Shown here piece after piece: positions 10,773-21,400 of a DNA stretch of 64,000 nucleotides. The position numbers were made by a program, and so were the translations under genes. Under the pieces are notes generated by a model. The model did no database searches. It was not told the DNA's origin and saw nothing but the letters and a program-made list of their open reading frames with translations. The stretch is from an uncultured Nitrospina sp. (GTDB lineage: Bacteria > Nitrospinota > Nitrospinia > Nitrospinales > VA-1): NCBI GenBank assembly GCA_937891765.1, contig CALAGQ010000047.1:16580-80579 (forward strand), in the 5' to 3' direction. Positions within the stretch are counted from its first letter, which is position 1. The number at the start of each line of letters is the position of its first letter.

Positions 10773-11534
10773 ATGGCTCAGGCTGCAGCAGCACCCAAGA
10801 AAAAGATAGAAGCAGTTCCAGATAAGCTCCACGTGTGGCCCTATCTGGTCCGACTGGAGTTCCTTTGCGCTATTGTCACCATAGTGGCTCTTACGGTTTG
10901 GTCCATTGTTATTGATGCGCCGTTGGAAGAAGCGGCCAACCCTACCAAAACCCCAAACCCATCTAAAGCGCCTTGGTATTTTCTTGGGCTTCAGGACATT
11001 CTGGTTTATTTCGACCCATGGTTTGCGGGTGTTGTGGCTCCCGTCCTTATCATTGTTGGACTGATGCTGATTCCTTATCTGGATGTGAATCCTAAAGGGA
11101 ACGGGTATTACACCTATCATGAAAGAAAAGTAGCGATATGGGTTTACTGCTTTGGTTTTCTGGTGCTCTGGATCGCTTTGATCATTATGGGGGTTTTCTT
11201 GCGAGGACCGGGTTGGAATTTGTTCATGCCCTGGCAGTATTGGGACCCACATAAGGTCGTGGCCCTAACCAGTGTGGATCTGCCCTATGCGTTTGGTGTG
11301 CGGACCTACAATGGGGCCATGTTGTTTGGGGGAATGGTGCTATCGGCGTATTTTGCGATAGGCACGGCAGTCTATTTTTTCATGGAACGCAAGGCACTCA
11401 AGAGCGTCGGGTTCGTGAGAATGTTCATAAAGATTCAGCTACTCCTGATTATGGTTGGCATGGTCATCAAAATTGTTCTCAGGCTGGGTTTCAATATCAA
11501 GTATGTACTGGTGACACCCTGGTTTAATATTTAA
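10773..11534 (+). CDS. Cytochrome b C-terminal subunit (subunit IV-like)
   Basis: WP..V..E, APLEEAANP..TPNPSKAPWYF (PEWY-equivalent), PYLD, several TM helices. Confidence 0.88.
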   Translation: MAQAAAAPKKKIEAVPDKLHVWPYLVRLEFLCAIVTIVALTVWSIVIDAPLEEAANPTKTPNPSKAPWYFLGLQDILVYFDPWFAGVVAPVLIIVGLMLIPYLDVNPKGNGYYTYHERKVAIWVYCFGFLVLWIALIIMGVFLRGPGWNLFMPWQYWDPHKVVALTSVDLPYAFGVRTYNGAMLFGGMVLSAYFAIGTAVYFFMERKALKSVGFVRMFIKIQLLLIMVGMVIKIVLRLGFNIKYVLVTPWFNI

Positions 11535-11557
11535 TAGCTTCAAGATCGAGAAATACA

Positions 11558-14254
11558 TTGGCAGAAGAAGAGCAAAAAAAAGAATTCAAAGAAGGGGAGT
11601 TTGACGAGCATACCTCGTACAGTTTCCTCTTTTTTCTGGTTTCAGCGGTAACGCTTTTTGTCACGCTTTGGGCGTTCTGGGACGACGAATACGCACGCCG
11701 AGGATTCAAGACTTATCAGGATCAGTATTTCAAGGAGCAGTTTGCCGTAGCGGAAGGTAAATGGAAAGCGGTCAACACTGAAATCGCCGAGACTGAGAAA
11801 CAGATCCGGGAAGGCCTGCAAAAAACTGAAAGTGAGTTGGAGTCTTCGGATGCCTATCTGGAATTGGTTGAAGAAGTTCGTCTCAAACAGGTGGCGGTTG
11901 ATGAGCAGAAAGAGCAGAAGAAATTCGCCGGTAGCCGGGTTGATGAGGCTTATTACTGGTATAAAAAGGCCATGCACGAAGGGGAAAATTATGATGTGCA
12001 ATTAGCGACCCATAATGCTGGGCAAGCTGAAGTGGCCTCTTTTGATCCAGTCATCGCAGAAAAAGAAGGGATATTACAAGAAGCAGAAAATAGATTATTG
12101 GAGGTGAAGTCCGGCTATATCAAATTGGAAAAAGATATGGCTAAACTAGTCATGAACAGGACTCAGCATGAGCTGACGATGGATTATTACAAGCCGTTTC
12201 CTTTTTTCTGGCGTCCTGCTGAAATCCTTCAAACCGTTATTCCGGGATTTGGTAAAAATAGTTTCAAAGAAATTATTTACCGGGTAGACCGGTGTATGAC
12301 CTGCCATATTTCATATCAGGACGAACATTACAAGGATTTTGCGCAGCCCTTAAAGACCCATCCGGATCTTGAAATTCTAATTAAGAAGCATCCTCCTGGA
12401 GTGACGGGGTGTACCTGGTGTCACTTGGGGCAGGGAACAGTTACAGCTCCGGCTGAGCACGCTCATGGTTCGCACCATGAGACGGATCAGACGGTTGAAG
12501 TTAATGAGCCCATCCTCCATGGCAAGCTCCAGCAGGCAACGTGCAGAAACTGTCACGCCGAAGTCGTCGATCTGGAAGGGGCTCCGATCTTGTCGAAGGG
12601 CAAAAGACTCTTTCTTAAATTGGGATGTCATGGTTGTCATTTAGCCGATGGTTATTCTAATGAGGCCAAGGTGGGTCCCCGGCTTTTGCGGATTGCCAGC
12701 AAGGTTAATCCGAGTTGGTTGTACCGTTGGATCAAAAATCCCAAAGAATATCTTCCCAAAACCCGAATGCCTGATTTTGGGTTTAACGAGAAAGACTTGA
12801 TGGGGGCCACGGCATATCTTTTAGCTTCTTCTGAGAAAAATTATGAGTTGCCCGCCAAGTTTGAATCCGGCGATGAGGATAAGGGCAAGAAATTATTCGA
12901 ATCTGTGGGTTGTCAGGGATGTCATCAACTCAATGGTAAAGGAGAAACCTTTGGTCCTGATCTGAGCCGAATTGGCAATAAGGTCAATGCCGATTGGTTG
13001 GTAACCTGGATCAGCCATCCTCACAGTTATAACGAAAAGAGCAAAATGCCTGATCTTAGACTGGATGAAGAACAGGCATCTGATATAGCCTCCTATCTCA
13101 TTCAGTTTGGCAAAGAAGAAGTGATCCCCGGACTTGAAGCAAAACTGCAAGATCCTGCGTTGATCAAACACGGGGAGACCATAGTTCGTCGTAGAGGTTG
13201 TTTTGCCTGCCATGACATTAAGGGAATGGAGAAGGAAGGCCGAATCGCGCCGGAGCTATCCTCCTTTGGCAGAAAAATGGTTGTGGAACTAGAATTTGGT
13301 GACTCACATATTCCGCATACTTGGGAATCTTGGGTTAAAACCAAATTGAAAAAACCGAACTCTTTCAGGACCGAGCGTGTTTTAGACAAAATGCCCAATT
13401 TCCACCTCGCACCGGATGAAATTGATGCCTTGGTTGTATTGCTGAAGGGTTTTAATGGATCAAATATTCCTCCGAATTACCGACGGATTCTCACAGATAA
13501 AGAGCAAACGATTGAAGCCGGGCGTCGCCTGGTCACCAAATATAATTGTAAGGCTTGCCATAATGTTGAAGGCGAAGGCGGGCACATACAGAAATATCTC
13601 ACGGCAACAGCTCAGTATCCTCCTCCACTGGATATGGGAGATTATCATGTGGGGGAACGGCTCAAAGCTTCCTGGTTGTTCTCTTTTCTGAAAGAGCCGA
13701 CACCTGTTAGAACCTGGATCAAGGTAAAGATGCCCACTTTCTTTTTCACCGATAAAGAAGTGAGGGATTTGACGGCCTACTTTGAAGCGTTATCTCCAAG
13801 TAGTGGCTATGAGGCGGGTATCCACCAAAGTAAAGATAGTGCTGTTGCACAAAAAGGCGCTGAAATGGTCAGCTATATGGACTGCGGACGTTGCCATGAT
13901 GATGGGCAAAAAGGAATTGAATTCTCATTGGCCAGTCAAAGGCTGCGACAGGATTGGATACCAAAATGGCTCAAAGACACCCGCACTCTGATCCCTTGGA
14001 CCCCGATGCCTTCTCATTGGGTTAAGGATGGCGATAAATATAAAATACCGACCAAATACAGTGAGATCAAAACGGTGGGTGATGTAGACACCCAGGTGAA
14101 TACGTTGAAAGACTTGATCGTTGCCTACAACACCGCTGAGCTGGACTTTGATGTGAGCTTGGGAGATGGCGGGGGTGAAGAAGAGGCTGCTGGTGAAGAA
14201 CGTGCTGCTGAAGAGGGTGGAGATGACGAAGAGGAAGAGGAAGAAGACAAATAG
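11558..14254 (+). CDS. Membrane-anchored octaheme cytochrome c subunit of the bc complex
   Basis: Eight CxxCH (CMTCH, CTWCH, CRNCH, CHGCH, CQGCH, CFACH, CKACH, CGRCH), N-terminal TM and coiled coil, acidic tail. Confidence 0.92.
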   Translation: MAEEEQKKEFKEGEFDEHTSYSFLFFLVSAVTLFVTLWAFWDDEYARRGFKTYQDQYFKEQFAVAEGKWKAVNTEIAETEKQIREGLQKTESELESSDAYLELVEEVRLKQVAVDEQKEQKKFAGSRVDEAYYWYKKAMHEGENYDVQLATHNAGQAEVASFDPVIAEKEGILQEAENRLLEVKSGYIKLEKDMAKLVMNRTQHELTMDYYKPFPFFWRPAEILQTVIPGFGKNSFKEIIYRVDRCMTCHISYQDEHYKDFAQPLKTHPDLEILIKKHPPGVTGCTWCHLGQGTVTAPAEHAHGSHHETDQTVEVNEPILHGKLQQATCRNCHAEVVDLEGAPILSKGKRLFLKLGCHGCHLADGYSNEAKVGPRLLRIASKVNPSWLYRWIKNPKEYLPKTRMPDFGFNEKDLMGATAYLLASSEKNYELPAKFESGDEDKGKKLFESVGCQGCHQLNGKGETFGPDLSRIGNKVNADWLVTWISHPHSYNEKSKMPDLRLDEEQASDIASYLIQFGKEEVIPGLEAKLQDPALIKHGETIVRRRGCFACHDIKGMEKEGRIAPELSSFGRKMVVELEFGDSHIPHTWESWVKTKLKKPNSFRTERVLDKMPNFHLAPDEIDALVVLLKGFNGSNIPPNYRRILTDKEQTIEAGRRLVTKYNCKACHNVEGEGGHIQKYLTATAQYPPPLDMGDYHVGERLKASWLFSFLKEPTPVRTWIKVKMPTFFFTDKEVRDLTAYFEALSPSSGYEAGIHQSKDSAVAQKGAEMVSYMDCGRCHDDGQKGIEFSLASQRLRQDWIPKWLKDTRTLIPWTPMPSHWVKDGDKYKIPTKYSEIKTVGDVDTQVNTLKDLIVAYNTAELDFDVSLGDGGGEEEAAGEERAAEEGGDDEEEEEEDK

Positions 14255-14315
14255 AATTGCTCCATCCGTCTAAAATGTAATATGATTAATCATTAACGCT
14301 AACAGAGCTCATAAA

Positions 14316-14498
14316 ATGGAAAACTCAGGACTCGAAAACTTTCTTTTAATCGCGACCAAGCCGGATAATATCCCCATCGGAACTATGCTACTGTTTGTGG
14401 CTTGGGTGTTCTGGGTTGCAGTTAGCCAGATGATCAAAAACGACCGCTGGATAAAAGAAGGTAAAAAAGAAAAAATTTGGGATGAAATGATAAAATAA
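14316..14498 (+). CDS. 60-aa single-TM protein (KPDNIPI motif), probable bc-complex accessory subunit
   Basis: ATG start, one TM, directly after octaheme gene. Confidence 0.7.
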   Translation: MENSGLENFLLIATKPDNIPIGTMLLFVAWVFWVAVSQMIKNDRWIKEGKKEKIWDEMIK

Positions 14499-15014
14499 GT
14501 GGCCATCTTCGGGATTATATTCGTTGCATTTTTTATAGGTATTATCCTGATTTTTTTCTTGAAGAAAACCTCACCTCCCGCTCCGCAAGAGCAGATTCAT
14601 TTCGACAGTCCCTCAGATGTCCCCTTCTACCTCAACGATAGAGACGCCTTCAAATCGAAGTGTATCGAATTTCTGGAAAAATTTAATCTTGAGTATGTTC
14701 ACTCTGTCTGGGCAGACGATCATGAGCTGGAACTTGCCTTGAATGATGAGACGCCTGTCGTCGGCGGCAGTTATATTGCCCTCTGCATTATTGATCCTCC
14801 AGGAAAAACGGTTAATGAAATGAAAGTTAGGGGTTTTTTAGATACGGTGAAGGGGGAGGGTGCGTCGCGGGGAATTTTGATCACCACCGGATACTTTACC
14901 AATGAAGCGATTAACTCAATTGAAGATGAGCCGGTCGAACTGGTGAATGTGGTTTCATTTTTATCCTACCTGAAGAAGTTTGGTATTTACGAATATATAC
15001 CTGATCCATCCTGA
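14499..15014 (+). CDS. Membrane-anchored Mrr-like (PD-(D/E)xK fold) protein, probably inactive
   Basis: N-terminal TM; V..F...V....ASRGILITTGYFT.EA matches Mrr_cat C-terminal pattern. Confidence 0.7.
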   Translation: MAIFGIIFVAFFIGIILIFFLKKTSPPAPQEQIHFDSPSDVPFYLNDRDAFKSKCIEFLEKFNLEYVHSVWADDHELELALNDETPVVGGSYIALCIIDPPGKTVNEMKVRGFLDTVKGEGASRGILITTGYFTNEAINSIEDEPVELVNVVSFLSYLKKFGIYEYIPDPS

Positions 15015-15089
15015 CCGGCGTACCGCCGGGGGCAGATTGTAATAGCTTTTGACTGCCTCGCTAGAGGTGCCTTGTGTTATTATCGAGCC

Positions 15090-15959
15090 ATGAAAATAAA
15101 TGAAAAGCTAAACTCATCATCCCCGGTTTTTTCTTATGAATTTTTCCCTCCGAAGGATTCCGATGGCTTTACAGCTTTATTCGAAACGATTGGCCAGTTA
15201 AAGCCTTCTGCGCCAGGCTTTGTGTCGGTGACATACGGGGCAGGCGGGAGTACGCGGGCTAAAACCGTTGATCTGGTTGGAAAGATAAAAAATGATATAG
15301 GTATTGAAAGCATGGCCCACCTGACCTGCGTTGGGCATGACCAGCAGGAGATCCGTTCGGTGCTTGAAAGTTTGCAGGCTCAAAATATTGAGAATGTTCT
15401 TGCGTTGAGGGGCGACCCCCCACAGGGCGAGGAAAAATTTGTAAAAACAGAAGGCGGCTTTGAATATGGCAATGAGCTTGTGGCCTTCATGAAAAAAAAT
15501 TTTTCATTTTGCATTGGCGCGGCCTGTTACCCTGAAGGGCATGTGGAATGTAAGGATCTTGATAAGGATATAGAAAATTTAAAACGAAAAGTGGACAGTG
15601 GGGTGGATTTCCTGGTTACCCAGTTGTTTTTTGATAACCGCTACTATTTTGAATTTTTGGATAGAGCGCAAAAGAAAAATATCAATGTTCCTGTGGTTCC
15701 TGGAATCATGCCTATTTTGAATCTCAAGCAGATACAGCGATTTACCAAAATGTGTGGGGCGACTCTTTCCCCAGCCTTACTGGCTAAATTTGAAGGGGTT
15801 CAGGATAATAATGAAAAGGTTCGGCAGATCGGTATTGAGCATGCTATTGAACAGTGCCGGGAATTGTTGCAGAACAAGGCCCCGGGTATTCACTTTTATA
15901 CTTTAAACCGATCTAAGGCAACACTTGCCATATTGGGAGCACTTAGAGAATTCGCGTGA
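15090..15959 (+). CDS. metF: 5,10-methylenetetrahydrofolate reductase
   Basis: SYEFFPPK, SVTYGAGG, AHLTCVG, LALRGDPP, TQLFFD, HFYTLN. Confidence 0.97.
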   Translation: MKINEKLNSSSPVFSYEFFPPKDSDGFTALFETIGQLKPSAPGFVSVTYGAGGSTRAKTVDLVGKIKNDIGIESMAHLTCVGHDQQEIRSVLESLQAQNIENVLALRGDPPQGEEKFVKTEGGFEYGNELVAFMKKNFSFCIGAACYPEGHVECKDLDKDIENLKRKVDSGVDFLVTQLFFDNRYYFEFLDRAQKKNINVPVVPGIMPILNLKQIQRFTKMCGATLSPALLAKFEGVQDNNEKVRQIGIEHAIEQCRELLQNKAPGIHFYTLNRSKATLAILGALREFA

Positions 15960-16738
15960 GTTTCCCGAAGCTTACTTATATCGCTGGGTTATTGCAGCGC
16001 CTGTGCGTGGGCGTCCTTTTTATTGTCTGCGCTCAACCCGTTTCGGGACAGGAATCCAGTATAACTGAAGGTATGGTTCTGATCCCCGGGGGCACGTTCA
16101 AAAGAGGTTGTGACCGTTTCGGACCGCAACACGGAGCCCCGGAGCAGAAGGTTCACCTGGATGCGTTTTGGATCGATAAGTTTGAAGTCACCAACGAAAA
16201 ATTTGAAAAATTATTCGAAGAACATTATCTGCGCCGCAGTATTTTTTCTGACTGCGACAACTGCCCGGTTTCAAAACTCAATTGGTATGAAGCTGCGGAC
16301 TATTGCCACTTGATTGGTAAGGCGCTTCCCAGTGAAGCTCAGTGGGAAAGAGCCGCAGGCAACGGTGATGGTTGTCACTTTCCCTGGGGTGAGGGGTTCG
16401 ATCTTATGAATCCTCCTGCCAGAGGTGGATTGAAGTTGAACGATAAGGCTTCCCCGGTCGGGTCTTTTCCTGCCAATTCGGGCGGACTTCATGACATGGG
16501 TGGAAATGTCTGGGAATGGGTTGCGGATTGGTTCTCGGTCAAGTTTTATTATGCCGATATCCTGCATAATCCCAGAGGACCAACACGAGGCATTATGAAA
16601 GTTAGAAGAGGCGGCTCGTGGTCAGATTCGGTGGTTGCGATGGCATCGGGATATCGGGACTGGAGCTATCCTTTATCGCGGGGTTTTAATGATATTGGTT
16701 TTCGCTGCGCCCTCAACTTAAAGCCCAAGAGAGATTGA
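15956..16738 (+). CDS. Exported FGE-sulfatase (SUMF1/EgtB/PvdO) domain protein
   Basis: Signal peptide; F.IDKFEVTN, LPSEAQWERAA, DMGGNVWEW, RGGSW, GFRCA. Confidence 0.88.
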   Translation: MSFPKLTYIAGLLQRLCVGVLFIVCAQPVSGQESSITEGMVLIPGGTFKRGCDRFGPQHGAPEQKVHLDAFWIDKFEVTNEKFEKLFEEHYLRRSIFSDCDNCPVSKLNWYEAADYCHLIGKALPSEAQWERAAGNGDGCHFPWGEGFDLMNPPARGGLKLNDKASPVGSFPANSGGLHDMGGNVWEWVADWFSVKFYYADILHNPRGPTRGIMKVRRGGSWSDSVVAMASGYRDWSYPLSRGFNDIGFRCALNLKPKRD

Positions 16739-17469
16739 ATATGGTTACCCAGGTCAAGTTGGATTATATTAATCGGGTTATCGATGAAAGCCTTGATGGC
16801 GAGGCATTGGAATTGAATGGCAAGTTTATTGGCGATGAGGGGATCGAAGCCCTGGTTCAAACCAAACGGATCTTTGAGGTGGAGAACCTCGACCTTTCCC
16901 GAAATAAACTGACTTGGCGCGGTGCTCACCATTTGTTTCATTGTCACCAGTTTAAAAATTTGAAGCGGTTGTATCTTGGAGAAAATAATATTTCGGATAA
17001 AGGGGTTATGGAGTTGCCGTCGGCTGATTTTGCGGAAAATCTCTCTCTCCTCGATTTACGCTATAACAATATTGGGCCCGAAGGTGGGTTGGCCGTTGTT
17101 CAATCGGAGAAATTCAGAAAACTGCAGGTATTAATTTTTCAGGAAAATCCTGTCGGGGATGAAACTCTGATAACACTGGCGAAGGCGCCAACCTTTGCCA
17201 ATCTGAGAAAATTAAATTTTTATCGGACGGATATTACCCCGAAGGGTATTAAGGTTCTGGCTAAATCGAAAGTGTTGCAAAGGGTTAAACATTTCAACTT
17301 GGCGCGAAATTATCTGCATTTGGAGTCGGCCAAACTTCTTGCCAACACTAAAACCTTGACCAATATTGAAAGCCTCTTGTTGTTCGACACGGGAATAGGG
17401 GATGCCGGGGTCAAGGCGATCATGGAATCTGAATCTTTTTCGAAATTGAAAACTTTACGTGTGACGTGA
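16735..17469 (+). CDS. RNI-like leucine-rich repeat protein
   Basis: ~28-residue repeats LxxLxLxxNxIxxxG. Confidence 0.88.
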   Translation: MNMVTQVKLDYINRVIDESLDGEALELNGKFIGDEGIEALVQTKRIFEVENLDLSRNKLTWRGAHHLFHCHQFKNLKRLYLGENNISDKGVMELPSADFAENLSLLDLRYNNIGPEGGLAVVQSEKFRKLQVLIFQENPVGDETLITLAKAPTFANLRKLNFYRTDITPKGIKVLAKSKVLQRVKHFNLARNYLHLESAKLLANTKTLTNIESLLLFDTGIGDAGVKAIMESESFSKLKTLRVT

Positions 17470-17478
17470 ACATTAGCT

Positions 17479-18164
17479 TCAGCAGTAACGGTCGTTCAGC
17501 CAGGGTTCCGCAGTGTTGGAATAGCCTCTTTTTCCCCAAAACCCCAGTTCATCGCTATCTCGAAAAATGATCTCGCCGATCCACTTGGCCCCTTTCCATG
17601 CGTAGAGTTGTGGGGTGATCATCCGCACAGGACCTCCATGTTCCCTGACAAGGGGTTGGTTTTCCCATTCATGGACCAACAGGACATCGTATTTCATGGC
17701 TTCTTCCAGTGGTAAATTCGTTGAGTATCCGTCCAAGCCTTGATATAGACAAACTTGGCGCTGGGGAGCACCTCGCAATGTTTGGCGATATCGGAGAATT
17801 TTACACCTTTCCAATTATTGTTCAGTCGACTCCAAGTGGTGACGCAATGAAAGTCGGAAATGTCCGTGGTTTGCGGTAATTTGAGAAACTCCTCCCAATC
17901 GAAGGTCTTCACAGTCTTGACCAAACCTGAAACAGTCAGATTCCATGAGAATTCATCCAGCTCGGGGGTCACCCCCAGATCCAGCACCGGCCAGGTTTCG
18001 ACTACACTTTGACCCGGCGGAACTGTCGGATTTCCATCACGGTTAAGATCTCCATGGCCTTGAGGAAATTCCCCTTTTAGCGCCTGCTTCTCTAGAAAAG
18101 CCTTACGGTATTCAATCAGCCGCTCCCGACTCTTTATTTTTTTTGAATTTGGATCGTATGACAT
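17479..18164 (-). pseudogene. Sulfite-oxidase-like molybdopterin oxidoreductase (MsrP/YuiH-like), single frameshift near 17735
   Basis: PPGQ..WPVLDLG, DFHCVTTWS in one frame; DGYSTNLPL, HGGPVR, YAWKGAKW, GFW..RGY in another. Confidence 0.85.
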
Positions 18165-18362
18165 GGATTTTTGGAGTTATTGCCTAAGTTAATAATTAAA
18201 GGAATAAAATTGATTTCTATGTTCTATTTTTGATGATTTTTATTTGAATTATTCGTTAATAAGATGAAATTCTTACCGGTTGGTTACAAATTAATTTTCT
18301 GGGTTCCCGCATAGCCTGTTTTCTGGTATTCCCCCCGGTTCCAAAGCCATAAATAATAAGGG

Positions 18363-18390
18363 TTAAGTCATTCTCCCGTTTCACCGAAAA
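18363..18390 (+). promoter_or_regulatory. Putative sigma28 (FliA) promoter
   Basis: TAAG-N15-ACCGAAAA versus consensus TAAA-N15-GCCGATAA, 40 nt before ATG. Confidence 0.45.
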
Positions 18391-18430
18391 AGGAAAGGAC
18401 AGTCTTTTATTCTCTGGAGCTTCCTTGCCC

Positions 18431-21400
18431 ATGAAATTGAAAATCCTTTCATTTAATTGGCACGAACCTTATCTGTGCCTGCTGGCGCGGACAGGCCATG
18501 AATTCCTCATCGTTGAGCCTGAAATTGCTCCCGGCCACTACCGCCGCTGGGATGAGAATATGCGTCCTGTTCCACAAAACGTACGCCTTATCTCCCAAAA
18601 AATAGCTGAGGAAATGCTGGAACTGGGCGAACTCGACCTCATTATCGCACACAACATTAAAGATTTAATAGTGGTGAAGGACTACTCCCTCCCCAAGATT
18701 GCTGTATTTCACAACTGCCTGACCACTGAAATCAAGTTGGGCAAAGACAAGGTGAACCGGAAAGAGTATCTGGACCAAGTGGATTTTCTTCTAAAGGACG
18801 TCCACAAAGTTTTTATCTCTGAGAAAAAGCGACAGGACTGGGGATTGACCGGCGAATTGATTCGGCCTGGACTGGATGTCTCGGAATATGGCGGCTACCT
18901 CGGTGACAGGGAGACGGTTCTGCAAGTCGGCAACCTTCTTCAGGAACGGGATTTGATGATGGGTTATTCCATCAGTCAACAAATCGTGGGATGCCATCCT
19001 TTGACGACCTTGGGTCTCAACCCTAATATTCCTGGCTCGCGATTGTCTGAAGGATTTCAGGATCTATTGGAAAATTTCAGGGGATCCAGGGTATTCATCA
19101 ATACCACGGTGGACGAATATGAGGATGGATATAATTTGAGTATGCTTGAAGCCATGGCTACCGGAATGCCGGTGGTCAGCTCATGGAACAAATCTTCACC
19201 CATTGAAGATGGTAAAAATGGTTATATCTCGAAAGACCTCGACTATTTAAATCAGCGCATTGAATCTCTTTTAAAGAACCCGGAAGAGGCCAGGAGGTTA
19301 GGGGAACAAGCGCAAAAAACTGTCCAGGAAAAATTTCCGTTAAACCGGTTTCTTCAGTCCTGGCAGAAGGCGATTGAAAAATCGGTTCTAGATTTTTTGC
19401 ATCGAACCGGAATCAACCTACAAAAAGAGGCCATCCCGTTTCAGGAAAAAATCCGCAAAAATATTTTGATGGATTTTGTGTCCTATCCCGCTACCACCGC
19501 GCATTATCTGGAAAGAGCTTTCCGGCAAAACCACAATGTCGTTACATGCGGTGCTCAGATTAGTGAAGAAGCCATCAAACTTTGGAACCTTGAAGCCCTG
19601 AATTGGGAAATCACCCCACAGGATATATACAGAGGGAATGCGGATTCATTGAAAGAGGTCATGGAAGGACTACCCGATGGATGGCAGCCTGATTTTTATT
19701 TATGGGTCGAGACGGGTTTGAGCGATATTCCGGTAGACCTGAAAGAACATGCATTGCCCAAGGTTTGTTATCTCATAGACACTCATATAGATTTTGACCG
19801 GCATCTTAAAATAGCCAAAAATTTCGATTTTGTCTTTCTCGCGCAAAAAGCGTATGTACAAACCATGACGCAGGCGGGGATCAAAAATGTCATGTGGCTA
19901 CCTCTGGCTTGCGATACGGAAATACATGGAAAGGTGACGGTCTCAAAGCAATGTGATGTGGGTTTTGTCGGTTCCATTTCTTCAACGCGGGACCGCCGCA
20001 GAAATCTCCTGGATAAAATAGAAAAACAGTTTGATCTGGATTGCCAGAGAAAATTCATGGATGAGATGGCAGAGCATTTCAGTAAGTCCCGTATCGTTTT
20101 TAACAATGCCATCAATAATGATCTCAATATGCGGGTGTTCGAGGCTTTATGCAGCGGCAGTATGCTGGTCACCGACCCTGCGCCCGGTAGTGGCTTGGAA
20201 GAACTCTTCAAGGATAAAGAGCATTTGGTCATTTATGACGACGAAAACCTTGAAGCAACCATTTCTCATTACCTTGAGAATGCGTCGGAGAGGGAAAAGA
20301 TTGCCAGTGCCGGGAGGAAAGAGGTGCTGGCCAGACATACTTATGTGCATCGCGCGGAATCGATTATTCAAGTCCTAAACGAAAAAATTGGCAATATTGA
20401 GGAAAAGAAGTCTGCCTGCATGAATGAAAAATCGTCGAGTGAAAAATCTCCCTCTTATTATGAAAATGTCAGAAATGATTTGATTCCCCTCATTCCAAGT
20501 GATGCGAAATGCATTTTAGAAGTGGGTTGCGCGGCGGGAATGACAGGGCGGGAACTCAAAAAACGTTCCGGTGCCTTTGTAGCAGGAATAGAGTTGAATG
20601 CCCAGGCCGCCGAAGCTGCTAAAAAAGTTCTTGATGATGTGCTGCAAGGTAGTATTGAAACGATTGATTTGCCTTACAGCGATGGCTCCTTTGACTGCAT
20701 TTTGTTTGCGGACGTTCTGGAACATTTAGTCGATCCTCTTTCTGCCTTGCTGAAAGTCCGGCGTTTACTGAAAAAAGGAGGAACCGTTGTGGCCAGTATT
20801 CCTAATGTCCAGTTTCATGGAGTGATCCATCAATTGATTGAAGGCAACTGGACTTATGAGAAAGAAGGAATTCTTGATGAAACCCATCTCCGCTTCTTCA
20901 CCTATAAGGAAATCGTGAAACTATTTTCCAAGGCAGGTTATTCCATTCAGGCCGTTGAAGAGGTTCTAGACCCGCAATATGAAAAGTTTTCTTTGGCAAA
21001 TTCCACAGCCCTTAACTTTGGCAGGACGCAGGTCAAGGATTTAACTCCTGAAGAGATTAAACGATTTTTTGTATTTCAATATCAAGTCATTGCAAGCCCG
21101 ATAAATGCTAACAAAAATGAGGGACACGACATGTTTGAAGATGGCGATACCGATTTAAAGATTGATCATTTGTTGTTGGAAGCTTCAGAGGTATCGAACT
21201 CGGGGGATTTTGAGATCGCTTTAAAGCTTTTTGGTGAAATCATTAAAATATCTCCTGATAACGTTCAGGCTTTGATTGGCATGGGTGATTGCTATATGAA
21301 GCTTCAACTTCCTGACAAGGCCGAGACCTGCTTTGATCAAGCCTGTTTGAAGCAACCTGATAATTCCAGAGGCTGGTTAGGCTCGGGGTTGCTGGCGCTC

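Noticed and set aside
14499..15014. Restriction or defence system
   Set aside because: No methyltransferase or defence neighbours, TM anchor present and catalytic residues missing
15956..16738. True formylglycine-generating enzyme
   Set aside because: Lacks the catalytic C..xxC pair after RGGS and no sulfatase is nearby; same for 29462-30202
17725..17745. Programmed ribosomal frameshift
   Set aside because: No slippery sequence or obvious stimulatory structure at the junction
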